This document shows, one piece after another, positions 34,667 to 44,994 of a stretch of DNA of 59,608 bases (positions within the stretch are counted from its first letter, which is position 1; every line of letters begins with the position of its first letter). Origin of the DNA: an uncultured Gammaproteobacteria bacterium (GTDB lineage: Bacteria; Pseudomonadota; Gammaproteobacteria; Magnimaribacterales; D2472); NCBI GenBank assembly GCA_964444385.1, contig CAYUHD010000002.1:1-59608 (forward strand), written 5' to 3'. The notes below the pieces were generated by a model, which saw nothing but the letters and a program-made list of their open reading frames with translations, was not told where the DNA came from and made no database searches. The position numbers and the translations under genes are program-made.

Positions 34667-35890
34667 ATGAGCAACAACACCCTAATCTTGGGTTTGCAGT
34701 GGGGTGATGAAGGTAAAGGAAAAATTGTAGATGCTTTAGCAGAAAACTCTGAAGCAGTTTGTCGTTTCCAAGGCGGTCATAATGCAGGCCATACATTAAA
34801 GGTTGATGGTGAGCAGAAAGTTCTGCATTTAGTTCCATCAGGTATTCTCCATCCTTCAGTTCATTGTGTCTTGGGTAATGGTCTTGTTTTATCTCTTCCA
34901 GCTCTCGCAAAAGAAATCGTTGGCTTGCAAGAAAGCGGTATCAACTTTAAAAATCGTTTCTACGTGAGTGAAGATTGTTGTTTAATTCTTCCTACTCATA
35001 TCGCAATTGATCTAGTGCGAGATAAAGCAGAGGGTATCGGAACAACCGGCAGAGGAATTGGACCTGCTTATGAAGATAAAATTGCAAGGCGAGCGATTCG
35101 TTTTGGAGATCTAAACGATTTCAAAGAACTTAAAATTAAATTATCTCTATTGGTTAATTATCACAATCAAATTTTGGAGAATGTTTACAATGCTGAGCCA
35201 GTTGCATTTGATGATGTTCTTGAGGAGTTAGAGGTTAACTTAGATCTTTATAATAAATATAATTGTAAAACTCAGGATCTTTTAAAGCTTTGGGTGAAAG
35301 AAGGGAAGAAAATCCTTTTTGAAGGCGCGCAAGGATCCATGTTAGACATTGATCATGGAACATATCCATATGTTACTTCCTCCAGTACAACTGCAGGCGG
35401 TCTTTCTTCTGGGTTAGGCGTAGGACCTAAAAATATTGATTCTATTTTAGGAATTACCAAGGCATATACAACACGAGTTGGCGAAGGCCCTTTCCAAACT
35501 GAGTTGTTTGACTCTAATGCAAAGCAACTCGCAAAAGTTGGGCATGAATTTGGCACCACAACTGGGCGCCCTAGAAGATGTGGCTGGCTTGATTTAAAAG
35601 CTTTAGAAACTATTGTTTTTATAAACTCTGTGACTAATCTTTGTATAACAAAACTAGATGTGTTGGATGGCTTTGCAGAGATTCAAGTATGTATTGATTA
35701 TGATGAAGATCAGCTGCCAATCTATAAAGCATTTGTTGGTTGGGAGCAGGATACATCCAATGCAAAATCTTTTGATGATTTACCTAAACCTGCACAGGAC
35801 TATATACTATTTATTGAGAAGACTTTAGATTGTCCGGTTGGAATAGTTTCGGTTGGACCATCAAGAGACCAAACAATTTATAGATACTAG
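34667..35890 (+). CDS. purA: Adenylosuccinate synthase
   Basis: 407 aa. QWGDEGKGKIVD P-loop, GGHNAGHT and GIGPAYEDK motifs. Confidence 0.95.
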   Translation: MSNNTLILGLQWGDEGKGKIVDALAENSEAVCRFQGGHNAGHTLKVDGEQKVLHLVPSGILHPSVHCVLGNGLVLSLPALAKEIVGLQESGINFKNRFYVSEDCCLILPTHIAIDLVRDKAEGIGTTGRGIGPAYEDKIARRAIRFGDLNDFKELKIKLSLLVNYHNQILENVYNAEPVAFDDVLEELEVNLDLYNKYNCKTQDLLKLWVKEGKKILFEGAQGSMLDIDHGTYPYVTSSSTTAGGLSSGLGVGPKNIDSILGITKAYTTRVGEGPFQTELFDSNAKQLAKVGHEFGTTTGRPRRCGWLDLKALETIVFINSVTNLCITKLDVLDGFAEIQVCIDYDEDQLPIYKAFVGWEQDTSNAKSFDDLPKPAQDYILFIEKTLDCPVGIVSVGPSRDQTIYRY

Positions 35891-35912
35891 TTTCATTAAT
35901 CTTGGGAGAGAT

Positions 35913-38144
35913 ATGAAAAAACTTTTAACTTCACTTGCTTTACTTTTTATCTTTACTGTAATTATTTTCTTTGGAGGAGCAGCTTTGAAGCTTTTTGGTA
36001 CTTTAGACGGTCCAGGAGTTATCGAAGGCAAAGTTCTTCCTGGCAAGGTATTGGAAGATAGAGCTAATAGAATTAATTTTGTTAAATTCGAATTAGAAGT
36101 TTTGGATGAAAAACAAATTCTCTTTGGCGATCTTCACGTTCACACAACTTACTCAACAGATGCGTTTATGTGGTCTTTGCCTTATATGAATGGTAAAGGA
36201 GCGTCTCCCATTGCGGATGCATGTGATTATGCAAGGTTTTGTTCAGCTTTAGATTTTTGGTCAATCAATGACCATGCTGAAGCAAGCACGCCAAGAAAAT
36301 GGTTGGATACAAAAGAGAGCATCCAACAATGTAATAATTTATCTGAAGAGACAGATGACCTGGTAAGTTTTTTAGGCTGGGAATGGACTCAAGTTGATAA
36401 TAATCCTGATAGTCATTATGGGCACAAAAATGTAATATTTCTTGAAGTCGATGATTCATTGGTGCCCCCAAGAGCTATTGGATCTGGAGGAATAGCTCCA
36501 TTGGTTATGAGGCTAGGATTGCCATGGACTATGTCTGCTTTACCAGCAACTCTAGATTTTAAGAGCAGAGATAGATTTTTTGCTTTTAATAAGTTTTTTG
36601 AAGAGATTCAAGCGACCCCAATATGTCCTGAGGGAGTTTCAACAAAAGACTTGCCCTTGAATTGCTATGAAGAGGCAACGAATCCTAATATCCTTTTTCA
36701 AAAACTCAAAGAATGGGATACGCCCTATATGGTGATCCCTCATGGAACAACATGGGGATACTATACTCCTGCGCCCTCAGACTGGAAGAAGCAGCTTACA
36801 GATTTTCAAGATGATAAATCTCAATTCCTATTTGAGATTTATTCTGGTCATGGAAATTCTGAAGAGTATAGAACTTGGAATGATGCTGCCTTAGATTTAA
36901 ATGGAGAACTCTTTTGCCCTGAGGCAACCAGTGATTTTTTACCAACCTGTCAGCAAACAGGAAATATTATGGCTCAAAGATGTGAAGATTCTGGTTTGGA
37001 TCCAAAATTTTGCAGTGAGTTGGTTGCAGAAACTAAACTAAATTCCGTTCGCATGGGGTCAATGGGCTATGCAGCAGTTAATGAAATCCATCCCAATGAA
37101 CTGTTAAATGCAGGTCAATGCAACGATTGCTTTTTACCATCTTTTAATTATCGACCTTTAGGTTCGGCTCAATATGTTTTGGCATTAAGAGATTTTTCAA
37201 ATCAAGAAAATCCAAAGCGTTTTAAATTTGGCTTTATAGGTTCAAGTGATAATCATGGTGCTAGACCTGGAACAGGCTATAAAGAAGTTGATCGACTTTT
37301 TAACACAGAAGCAAATGGCTTCAATGACCCACTCTTTGATAAATTGGGTGATATGGCACGCCCAAAAGGAAAATTAGAACCAACATATATGGATCTTGGC
37401 ACAAGAACATTGACAAGTATTATGGATTTAAATTTTGCAACTGATTCTGAAAGGCAGAGTGCATACTTCATGTCAGGAGGCCTAGTAGCGGCTCACTCTT
37501 CGTCTAGAAGCAGAGAATCTATTTGGGATGCCCTAGATCGAAAAGAGGTTTATGCAACCTCTGGCCCAAGAATCCTTTTATGGTTTGATGCAAAAACTGA
37601 GTTTAAATCTCTTGCGATGGGATCAGAGGTTGATAGTAATGAATCACCAGTATTCACTGTAAAAGCAGCTGGATCTCTCAAACAAAAACCAGGTTGCCCC
37701 GATTATAGTACTGGCGGACTTACTCAAGAACGTTTAGAGAAGATATGTAATTCTGAATGTTATAACCCAAGTAATGAGAGAAGAGTTATCACCCGCATTG
37801 AGGTTATAAAAATTTTACCCCAACAATATCAAGATGAGCCAGTTGAAGGGCTGGTAGATGATGTTTGGAAAACATTTCCTTGTAATAGTACTAGTTGCCA
37901 AATTTCATTTGAAGATGAGCAATTCTCAATTGGCCGAAGAGATGCTGTCTACTATGTTCGAGCAATAGAAGAAGCCACGCCAACACTTTCTGCAGATCCT
38001 TTGGGTTGTGAGTTTGATGAAAATGGTAAATGCATTAAAGCGGAGGTTTGTAGAGTAGGAGTGCACAAGAATAGGGGTGAATGTATTGCACCTTCTGAGC
38101 ACAGAGCCTGGTCAAGCCCAATTTTTGTTAACTATTCTTCTTAA
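35913..38144 (+). CDS. DUF3604-like, PHP-type metal-dependent phosphoesterase-fold protein with N-terminal signal/anchor and Cys-rich C-terminus
   Basis: ATG at 35913 with GGGAGAG SD, just after the purA stop. The ORF-track start at 35853 overlaps purA. MKKLLTSLALLFIFTVIIFF anchor; LFGDLHVHTTYSTDAF and DFWSINDHAE motifs. Family assignment is from memory. Confidence 0.7.
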   Translation: MKKLLTSLALLFIFTVIIFFGGAALKLFGTLDGPGVIEGKVLPGKVLEDRANRINFVKFELEVLDEKQILFGDLHVHTTYSTDAFMWSLPYMNGKGASPIADACDYARFCSALDFWSINDHAEASTPRKWLDTKESIQQCNNLSEETDDLVSFLGWEWTQVDNNPDSHYGHKNVIFLEVDDSLVPPRAIGSGGIAPLVMRLGLPWTMSALPATLDFKSRDRFFAFNKFFEEIQATPICPEGVSTKDLPLNCYEEATNPNILFQKLKEWDTPYMVIPHGTTWGYYTPAPSDWKKQLTDFQDDKSQFLFEIYSGHGNSEEYRTWNDAALDLNGELFCPEATSDFLPTCQQTGNIMAQRCEDSGLDPKFCSELVAETKLNSVRMGSMGYAAVNEIHPNELLNAGQCNDCFLPSFNYRPLGSAQYVLALRDFSNQENPKRFKFGFIGSSDNHGARPGTGYKEVDRLFNTEANGFNDPLFDKLGDMARPKGKLEPTYMDLGTRTLTSIMDLNFATDSERQSAYFMSGGLVAAHSSSRSRESIWDALDRKEVYATSGPRILLWFDAKTEFKSLAMGSEVDSNESPVFTVKAAGSLKQKPGCPDYSTGGLTQERLEKICNSECYNPSNERRVITRIEVIKILPQQYQDEPVEGLVDDVWKTFPCNSTSCQISFEDEQFSIGRRDAVYYVRAIEEATPTLSADPLGCEFDENGKCIKAEVCRVGVHKNRGECIAPSEHRAWSSPIFVNYSS

Positions 38145-38572
38145 CTCAGACTGCCCGATTGTTTTTTTAGCCAATCATCTAGTTTAGCGTTTATAAATTT
38201 AAAAGAATTTGGGTTAGAAAATTTCTTAGCAAGTCGAATACATTCATCAATCACAATGGGGTGAGCAAGCTCATTTGCACGTATCTCAACTATCCCAAGC
38301 CATAAAATTGCTTCATCGATGATCTCAAGGTTCTCGCCCTCATTGTTCTTTAGATCTCTAGTAATTTCTTTTAAATTATCTGATTGCTCAAAAATACTTT
38401 CTAGCCTTTTCTTGAAGTAATCAAAACTTATTTTTTTTGGAGTATTTTCTTTCAGAAATTGATCTATCAAAGAATCTAAATTTGATTCATGAAAAATGCA
38501 TTGATAGATTGCCTGAACTAAGCATTCACGTGTTTGAAGCTCTTGTTTATATTTGCCAAGATTTCTAGACAT
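38141..38572 (-). CDS. nusB: Transcription antitermination factor NusB
   Basis: 143 aa. RECLVQAIYQ motif. Conserved position downstream of ribH. Confidence 0.85.
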   Translation of the reverse strand: MSRNLGKYKQELQTRECLVQAIYQCIFHESNLDSLIDQFLKENTPKKISFDYFKKRLESIFEQSDNLKEITRDLKNNEGENLEIIDEAILWLGIVEIRANELAHPIVIDECIRLAKKFSNPNSFKFINAKLDDWLKKQSGSLS

Positions 38573-38576
38573 TTTT

Positions 38577-39023
38577 TTAACTCAGCATTTCAACAAGTGA
38601 CTGAGCAATCTCCTTACCTTTGTTCAGCATTGATGGATCGGTTCGCTCTTTAGCTTGTTCAAAATTTTCTGTAGCAATTAAGCCAAAGGCAAGAGGCTTC
38701 ATTGCATCAATACTAACTTGCATTAAGCCTTGTGCAGTTGATTCTGAGATTAGCTCATAATGACTTGTTTCTCCTCTAATAATTACTCCATATGCAATGA
38801 TGCCATCCGCATGCACGAGTTCTTTTTGGGCTGCGTGGACTAATTCCCAAGCACCTGGTACATATACAGTCTTCAGGTTTGCTAAACCAAGTGCTTCTAA
38901 ATGCGCTTTGCCAGATTCTACTAATTCCTCGACGAGTTCAGCATTCCATTTGGATGCAACTATGGTAATTTTTGCATTAATATCAATTTTTTTTGATGAG
39001 TATGAAAATCCATCTTTGTTCAT
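38577..39023 (-). CDS. ribH: 6,7-dimethyl-8-ribityllumazine synthase
   Basis: 148 aa. ITIVASKWNAELVEEL…VPGAWELV pattern. Confidence 0.9.
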   Translation of the reverse strand: MNKDGFSYSSKKIDINAKITIVASKWNAELVEELVESGKAHLEALGLANLKTVYVPGAWELVHAAQKELVHADGIIAYGVIIRGETSHYELISESTAQGLMQVSIDAMKPLAFGLIATENFEQAKERTDPSMLNKGKEIAQSLVEMLS

Positions 39024-40096
39024 TGTTTGAACCCCGTAACTTCCAGATCAAACCCAGATAATGACGGGTATTTGACAGGAGTTCCTAGTAGTTTGATTTG
39101 CTTTAAACCAAGCTCTTTTAAAATTTGTGATCCTATCCCAACAGTTTTTGTTTCAGGTTTAACTGTTGATTTTGTTCCCATAAGATCATTTATTACACCA
39201 TTAGCATCTTGATAATCTCCGATTAAAAGCAAGACACCGCAATCTTCTTCCCCAATTTTTGAGAAGGCTTTTTCTAAATTAAGCCTGTTACCAAATTCTT
39301 CAATACCAACCAGGTCATGCAATGTATTGGGAATATGAACCCTTACAAGCGGGGACTCAGTTGATGCAAGGTCTCCTTTGACAAAAGCTAAATGAAGGTT
39401 ATTGAAGATACTATCTCTCCATGCAGAGAGTTTAAATTGGATGCCTTTAATTTCTACAGATTTTGAATATTCAAGATGGATAGACTTTTCCTTTAGGGTT
39501 CGATAGTGGATTAGATCTGCTATGGTTCCAATTTTCATATCATAGGTTGAAGCGAATTTAATTAAGTCATCTCTTCTAGCCATATTCCCATCATCATTCA
39601 TTATTTCGCAAATAACCCCGGCTTCTTGAAGGCCAGCCATTCTAGCTAAATCACATGCAGCCTCTGTATGACCAGCGCGACTTAAGACCCCGCCTTCAAA
39701 AGCTCTTAGTGGGAAAATATGGCCTGGCTGAACTATATCTGAAGGTTTGGCATTTTTACTTGCTGCCGCTTTTATCGTTTTTGCTCTATCTTCTGCTGAA
39801 ATACCTGTTGAGATACCCTCTGCTGCTTCAATAGATACAGTAAATCCAGTTCCGTGTTTAGCTCGATTATTATTAGTCATCATTGGAAGATTGAGTTGAT
39901 CGCATTTTTCGGGAGATAAGGGCAAGCACACCAAACCTTTTGCTTTGCTGATCATAAAATTTATTTTTTTATCATCTACAAGCTCTGCAGCACATACTAG
40001 ATCGCCTTCATTTTCCCTATCTTCATCATCTAGCAAGATGACCATCATGCCAGTAGCAATATCTTGGATGATTTCTTCGGTTGAATTAAATTCCAT
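39020..40096 (-). CDS. ribB: 3,4-dihydroxy-2-butanone-4-phosphate synthase fused to a degenerate GTP cyclohydrolase II-like domain
   Basis: 358 aa. The N-terminal half has LLDDEDRENEGDLV and GLVCLPL. The C-terminal half lacks the Zn-binding Cys motif (reads LVRVHIPNTLHDLVG). Confidence 0.9.
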   Translation of the reverse strand: MEFNSTEEIIQDIATGMMVILLDDEDRENEGDLVCAAELVDDKKINFMISKAKGLVCLPLSPEKCDQLNLPMMTNNNRAKHGTGFTVSIEAAEGISTGISAEDRAKTIKAAASKNAKPSDIVQPGHIFPLRAFEGGVLSRAGHTEAACDLARMAGLQEAGVICEIMNDDGNMARRDDLIKFASTYDMKIGTIADLIHYRTLKEKSIHLEYSKSVEIKGIQFKLSAWRDSIFNNLHLAFVKGDLASTESPLVRVHIPNTLHDLVGIEEFGNRLNLEKAFSKIGEEDCGVLLLIGDYQDANGVINDLMGTKSTVKPETKTVGIGSQILKELGLKQIKLLGTPVKYPSLSGFDLEVTGFKQ

Positions 40097-40130
40097 TTTT
40101 CTTATATATGCATTAAATATTTAAAAACAA

Positions 40131-41243
40131 TTAAATATTCCCATTGTAGTATGTTGCCTTGATATCATTTTTAAATCTTTGTGTATTAACTAACTTTAGT
40201 TTTTTAGATTTATTGATAGCATCAGGAGCTATGAGATTTACTGTCTCTTTACTTTCTTTCCCTAAAAACATGGGCGCAGTATATAGCACCAATTCATCAA
40301 ATAAATTTTTGGATATAAAAGAACTTAAAGTTTTCTGACCACCTTCTACTAGAATGCTAGAAATGTCTCTTTTAAGAAGATCTTTTAAGAATTTATTTAG
40401 GAAGTCTTTTTGTTTATATTCTAAATACTCAACATTTTTTGATTGAATAGATGATAGCCCTGATCCAATAATTACCTTTGAGTTTTTTGAAGAAATCTTA
40501 TTAATTTTTTTAGATCTTTTAGGGTTTCCAAGAATAATTTTTACCGGTTGATTAAATGCATCATTCTTACTTAAACCTAATTCTTTGTTGGTCAATCGCA
40601 CTGTTAAAGATGGATTATCTTGTTCCGCAGTAGCTCTCCCTATCAAAATACCTTTAACACCTGATCGTATATGATGACTATCTTTTCTAGAGTCAGCATT
40701 TGAGATCCAACTACTTTCTCCATCTTTAAGAGAGATTTTTCCATCAATCGATTGGGCGCTTTTTAAAATAATATATGGACGAGATTTTTTTTGAGTGGTA
40801 AAAAAAATGCGATTTAAATCTTTGCATTTATCTTTTAAGAGACCTACGCTGGTTTTAATTCCAGCTCTTTGAAGTAATTTAATGCCCCGTCCATTAATTT
40901 TTGGATTGGGATCAAGGGTTCCGCAAACTAATCTCTTTATTTGATATTTAATCAGCGTATGAGAACACGGGGGAGTATTTCTTTCTATTGAGCAAGGTTC
41001 AAGATTTACGTAAACGTCTGCTCCAGCAAGAAGTTTTGAAGCTTTTTTAGCACCAAATTTTTTTTTGCAGTTCTTAATCGCATTTATTTCAGCATGAGTC
41101 TCTCCATAAGCCTTGTGCCAGCCCTCACCAATAATCCTATTATTTTTAACGATGACACAACCAACCATAGGATTTGGCTGAGTTTTTAGTCGACCCCTTT
41201 TTGCAAGCTCAATGGCACGAGCCATAAAGTCTGGGCCTTTCAT
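40131..41243 (-). CDS. ribD: Bifunctional diaminohydroxyphosphoribosylaminopyrimidine deaminase / 5-amino-6-(5-phosphoribosylamino)uracil reductase
   Basis: 370 aa. [18 protein letters not shown] and LEPCS…PPC deaminase motifs, plus a C-terminal reductase domain. Confidence 0.9.
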   Translation of the reverse strand: MKGPDFMARAIELAKRGRLKTQPNPMVGCVIVKNNRIIGEGWHKAYGETHAEINAIKNCKKKFGAKKASKLLAGADVYVNLEPCSIERNTPPCSHTLIKYQIKRLVCGTLDPNPKINGRGIKLLQRAGIKTSVGLLKDKCKDLNRIFFTTQKKSRPYIILKSAQSIDGKISLKDGESSWISNADSRKDSHHIRSGVKGILIGRATAEQDNPSLTVRLTNKELGLSKNDAFNQPVKIILGNPKRSKKINKISSKNSKVIIGSGLSSIQSKNVEYLEYKQKDFLNKFLKDLLKRDISSILVEGGQKTLSSFISKNLFDELVLYTAPMFLGKESKETVNLIAPDAINKSKKLKLVNTQRFKNDIKATYYNGNI

Positions 41244-41719
41244 TTTTTCTTTTTTGTTCTTTTTGGTTTTTCTTTGGACAGAGAAGAGATCTCTTCAGCA
41301 AATTCTTTGATGTCTTGAAAATCACGATACACAGATGCAAATCTTACATATGCAACTTGATCAACCCTTTTTAAATTTTTCATTACAATCTCTCCGAGTT
41401 GACGGGAGGCAATTTCTCTTTCACCTAGTTGGCGAATTTCAGTCAAAATACTTCCAAATACTCCATCAACCTCTTCAGCAGAAAGAGGCCTCTTTTCCAG
41501 AGCTCTCAGCATTCCTCCTTTAAGCTTTACCCCATTGAAAGGTTGCCTTTCTCCATCACTTTTTACAATTCTTGGTAAAGCTAGATCAGCTGTTTCAAAG
41601 GTTGTAAATCTTGCATGACAGACTTCACATTCTCTTCTTCTTCTAATTTGCGAACCATCACCAACAAGCCGTGAATCAATTACTTTGGTATCTTGGGCTT
41701 GGCAAAAAGGACAAAACAT
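41240..41719 (-). CDS. nrdR: Transcriptional repressor NrdR
   Basis: 159 aa. MFCPFCQ…CEVC zinc ribbon and ATP-cone domain. Confidence 0.95.
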   Translation of the reverse strand: MFCPFCQAQDTKVIDSRLVGDGSQIRRRRECEVCHARFTTFETADLALPRIVKSDGERQPFNGVKLKGGMLRALEKRPLSAEEVDGVFGSILTEIRQLGEREIASRQLGEIVMKNLKRVDQVAYVRFASVYRDFQDIKEFAEEISSLSKEKPKRTKKKK

Positions 41720-41721
41720 CT

Positions 41722-42996
41722 TTATTTATATACAGGGAAATTTTTACACATTTCTATCACTTGATTTTTAATGGCATTAATTTTTTTAGTATTACCAAGG
41801 TCAAGGACAACATCACAAATCCAATTAGTTAATATTTCTATTTCTACGCTACCAAAACCTCGTGTAGTTACAGCAGGTGTGCCCAATCGAATACCTGAAG
41901 TTACAAAAGGTGATTGGGGGTCATCAGGAACAGCATTTTTATTAACAGTTATATTTGCTTGCCCTAATGCAAATTCACAATCTTTACCAGTTAAACCTTT
42001 ATTTCTTAAATCCATTAAGACAATATGATTATCAGTTTTGCCTGTAACAACATCGATCCCACGATCTTGAATTACTTTGCACATAAGTTTTGCATTATCA
42101 ATTACTTGTTGCGTGTATCTCTTGAACTCTGGTTCAAGAGCCTCTTTAAAGCATACAGCTTTTGCGGCTATTACATGCATCAATGGCCCACCTTGGGAAC
42201 CAGGGAATACAGCTGAGTTTAATTTTTTTTCCAGCCCTTCATTTGATTTAGCAATAATTATTCCTGATCTTGGTCCTCTTAAAGTCTTATGGGTAGTAGA
42301 GGTCACTACATCAGCATAGGGAACTGGAGAAGGGTATAGATCTGCTGCAACAAGCCCAGAAACATGAGCCATATCAACTAGAAAATAAGACCCAACTTCA
42401 TCAGCAATGTCTCTAAAAATTTTCCAATCTATAGTCCCAGAAAAAGCTGAGAAACCAGCAATAATCATTTTTGGATTATGTTTTTTTGCCAGATCTCGGA
42501 CTTGATCATAATCAATATCATGTGTTTCAGGATGAAGGCCATATTGATAGGCTGTGTAGTTTTTGCCAGAAAAGTTAACTTTTGCTCCGTGTGTTAAATG
42601 ACCCCCTTGATCAAGACTCATTCCTAGAATCGTATCATTAGGTTCAAGCATGGCTAGAAAGGCAGCAGCATTAGCCGAAGAGCCTGAATGAGGCTGAACA
42701 TTTGCATAATCCGCCTTAAAAAGCTCTTTTGCTCTGTTGATGGCTAATTCTTCTGCGATATCTACATGCTCACAACCACCATAGTACCTCTTGTGAGGGT
42801 AGCCTTCTGCATATTTGTTAGTTAGAATCCCTCCTTGTGCCTCCATTACTCTTTGACTGGCATAATTTTCAGAGGCTATAAGCTCTATGTGTTCTTCTTG
42901 ACGAGTAGACTCCTGGTCAAGCGCTTGCCAAAGTTCGGCATCATATTTTTCTATTGTTTGTGAATTGGCAAAAATTGAATCAGCTTGAGATTCCAT
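41722..42996 (-). CDS. glyA: Serine hydroxymethyltransferase
   Basis: 424 aa. [15 protein letters not shown] and [12 protein letters not shown] (PLP lysine) motifs. Confidence 0.95.
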   Translation of the reverse strand: MESQADSIFANSQTIEKYDAELWQALDQESTRQEEHIELIASENYASQRVMEAQGGILTNKYAEGYPHKRYYGGCEHVDIAEELAINRAKELFKADYANVQPHSGSSANAAAFLAMLEPNDTILGMSLDQGGHLTHGAKVNFSGKNYTAYQYGLHPETHDIDYDQVRDLAKKHNPKMIIAGFSAFSGTIDWKIFRDIADEVGSYFLVDMAHVSGLVAADLYPSPVPYADVVTSTTHKTLRGPRSGIIIAKSNEGLEKKLNSAVFPGSQGGPLMHVIAAKAVCFKEALEPEFKRYTQQVIDNAKLMCKVIQDRGIDVVTGKTDNHIVLMDLRNKGLTGKDCEFALGQANITVNKNAVPDDPQSPFVTSGIRLGTPAVTTRGFGSVEIEILTNWICDVVLDLGNTKKINAIKNQVIEMCKNFPVYK

Positions 42997-43057
42997 TGAT
43001 TACTCCAAAAGTATTAATTATTTTAATTAAAAGCTTGAAAAGCTTATTCTAAATTAT

Positions 43058-43711
43058 CTACGGCTTTTTGTGGGAAAAAGGATGTGATCTTTTTGGAAAA
43101 GTTATTTTGCAAATTTCACAAGTAATTCCATGACATTGTTGTGCCTGACAAAATTCTCTTCCCCAAAATATAATTTGTAGATGTAGTTTGTTCCAAACAT
43201 CTTTTGGAAAGAGCTTTTTTAAATCTTTTTCAGTTTGTCTAACGTTTTTTCCTTTTGTCAGACCCCATCTTTGAGCTAATCGATGGATGTGCGTATCTAC
43301 AGGAAAAGCTGGATGTCCAAACCCTTGACTAATAACAACAGAAGCAGTTTTGTGCCCAACTCCTGGTAACTTTTCTAGAGCTTTTATATCTTCTGGAACC
43401 TTTCCATCATAAGAATCACATAAAATATTAGAGAGTTTATGTATAGCTTTTGATTTTTGCGGCCCAAGACCACATGGTTTAATAATTTTGTAAATTTTCT
43501 CTGGACTTTTTGTTCTCATATCTTTTGGGTTATCCGCAAGTTTAAAAAGTTTTGGAGTTACTTTGTTGACTCTTTCGTCAGTGCATTGAGCGGATAACAG
43601 AACTGCAACTAGAAGTGTGAAATTATCTTTGTGATCAAGTGGCACAGGAGTCTTGGGATAATGTTTCCCTAAAATTTTCATTACAATTGACGCTCTTTCT
43701 GCTTTAGTCAT
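43058..43711 (-). CDS. nth: Endonuclease III (HhH-GPD glycosylase/lyase) with unusual Cys spacing
   Basis: 217 aa. LLSAQCTDERVNKVTP and the HhH motif LPGVGHKTASVV. The C-terminal cluster reads C-x4-C-x4-C-x2-C. Confidence 0.85.
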   Translation of the reverse strand: MTKAERASIVMKILGKHYPKTPVPLDHKDNFTLLVAVLLSAQCTDERVNKVTPKLFKLADNPKDMRTKSPEKIYKIIKPCGLGPQKSKAIHKLSNILCDSYDGKVPEDIKALEKLPGVGHKTASVVISQGFGHPAFPVDTHIHRLAQRWGLTKGKNVRQTEKDLKKLFPKDVWNKLHLQIIFWGREFCQAQQCHGITCEICKITFPKRSHPFSHKKP

Positions 43712-43871
43712 TTTTTAATATTTTATTAACAATACTTGCATTCAATAATTCAAATTTTTTAATATTCGCCATATCTATAATCGTTGATTTGCTCTATCAA
43801 TACCTTTAACATCTTTACACAATGCTTTACTTTTACAAGTTGCAAAGACCTAAGTTTAAGGCAGAAATCTA

Positions 43872-44993
43872 ATGCAAGAATACAAAACAGAACATCCTTT
43901 TGATATAACATTAACTGAAGAACAGCAAATGACTTGGGATATGTTACGAAAATTTGCTGAGACTGAAATGAGGCCTCAAGCTAGAGAGGCTGAAAGTAAT
44001 GGTCGACCTAGTGCTGATATTTTAGATAAGATTAGAGCTTTGGATTTAATACCACTAATTGTTCCTGAGGCTCATGGAGGCATGGGTTTAGAGCAGGATG
44101 CTGTTTCTAATGTATTAGCTTTAGAGGCACTTGCATATGGAGATTTCTCCTTGGCAATGTCAGTCTCAGTCCCACTTCTAACCACTCAAATTATTGCTAA
44201 ACATGGAAGTGAGAATCAAAAAGTTAAGTATTTGCCTATACTTGCATCTGATTCAATGTTTCATATAGGGCTTGGGTTAAATAATACGTCAATATCTTTA
44301 GATCCATATCAATCAAATGTTCTTGCTGAAGAGAATGGAGAAGAAGTAATTTTAAATGGAGTCAAAACTGGTGTTGCCTTTGCAGATGAGGCCAAGACTT
44401 TTTTAATTTCAGCCTCGAATGAATCAGGGGAATGCAATTTATATTTTGTTAACAGTGATCAAGAAGGTTTGGAGCTTAAAGAAAAAGAATTTATGGGTCT
44501 AAAGGGGCTACCCTTATCAGAAATTAGTTTGTCTAACTGTAAGGTTGATACATCTAAAAAATTAGGCAGCCATAATTATTCAATAAATTACCAGTCACTA
44601 ATAGATTCATCTCGAATTGGGATGTCTGCACTTGCATTGGGAGTTTGTCAGGCAGTTCTTGATTATGTTGTTCCTTATACCAATGAGCGCGTAGCTTTCG
44701 ATGAACCAATTTCCAATCGTCAGTCTGTTGCTTTTATTGTTGCAGATATGGCGATTGAAATAGAGGCTCTAAGACTGATGGTGTATAAATCTGCAGCCTT
44801 AAAAGATTTGGGAGAAGATTTTCATAAACAAGCTTCTTTAACGCATCGATTTGCTGCTCATCATGGGATGAAAATTGGAACAGATGGCGTACAACTTTTG
44901 GGCGGACATGGCTATACACATGAACATCCTGTTGAGCTTTGGTACAGAAATTTAAGGGCGATTGGCATCTTTGAAGGAGGAGCAGGAGTTTAA
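43872..44993 (+). CDS. Acyl-CoA dehydrogenase family protein, divergent (possible non-FAD-binding partner subunit)
   Basis: 373 aa. ACAD fold throughout (…ERVAFDEPI…GGHGYTHEHPVELWYRNLRAIGIFEG). It lacks the (S/T)EPxxGSD-type motif and ends right after FEGGAGV. Confidence 0.8.
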   Translation: MQEYKTEHPFDITLTEEQQMTWDMLRKFAETEMRPQAREAESNGRPSADILDKIRALDLIPLIVPEAHGGMGLEQDAVSNVLALEALAYGDFSLAMSVSVPLLTTQIIAKHGSENQKVKYLPILASDSMFHIGLGLNNTSISLDPYQSNVLAEENGEEVILNGVKTGVAFADEAKTFLISASNESGECNLYFVNSDQEGLELKEKEFMGLKGLPLSEISLSNCKVDTSKKLGSHNYSINYQSLIDSSRIGMSALALGVCQAVLDYVVPYTNERVAFDEPISNRQSVAFIVADMAIEIEALRLMVYKSAALKDLGEDFHKQASLTHRFAAHHGMKIGTDGVQLLGGHGYTHEHPVELWYRNLRAIGIFEGGAGV

Positions 44994-44994
44994 A

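Noticed and set aside
43031-43045. An AAGCTT-GAA-AAGCTT hairpin between nth and glyA as a possible terminator.
   Set aside because: The stem is 6 bp and weak, the loop is 3 nt, and there is only a short T-run on the minus strand. This is not convincing.
43822-43872. A 16-codon upstream ORF (MLYFYKLQRPKFKAEI) whose TAA overlaps the ACAD start (TAATG).
   Set aside because: An open run of 16 codons after an ATG is expected by chance about one time in three here. It has no SD and no leader-peptide-like codon bias.
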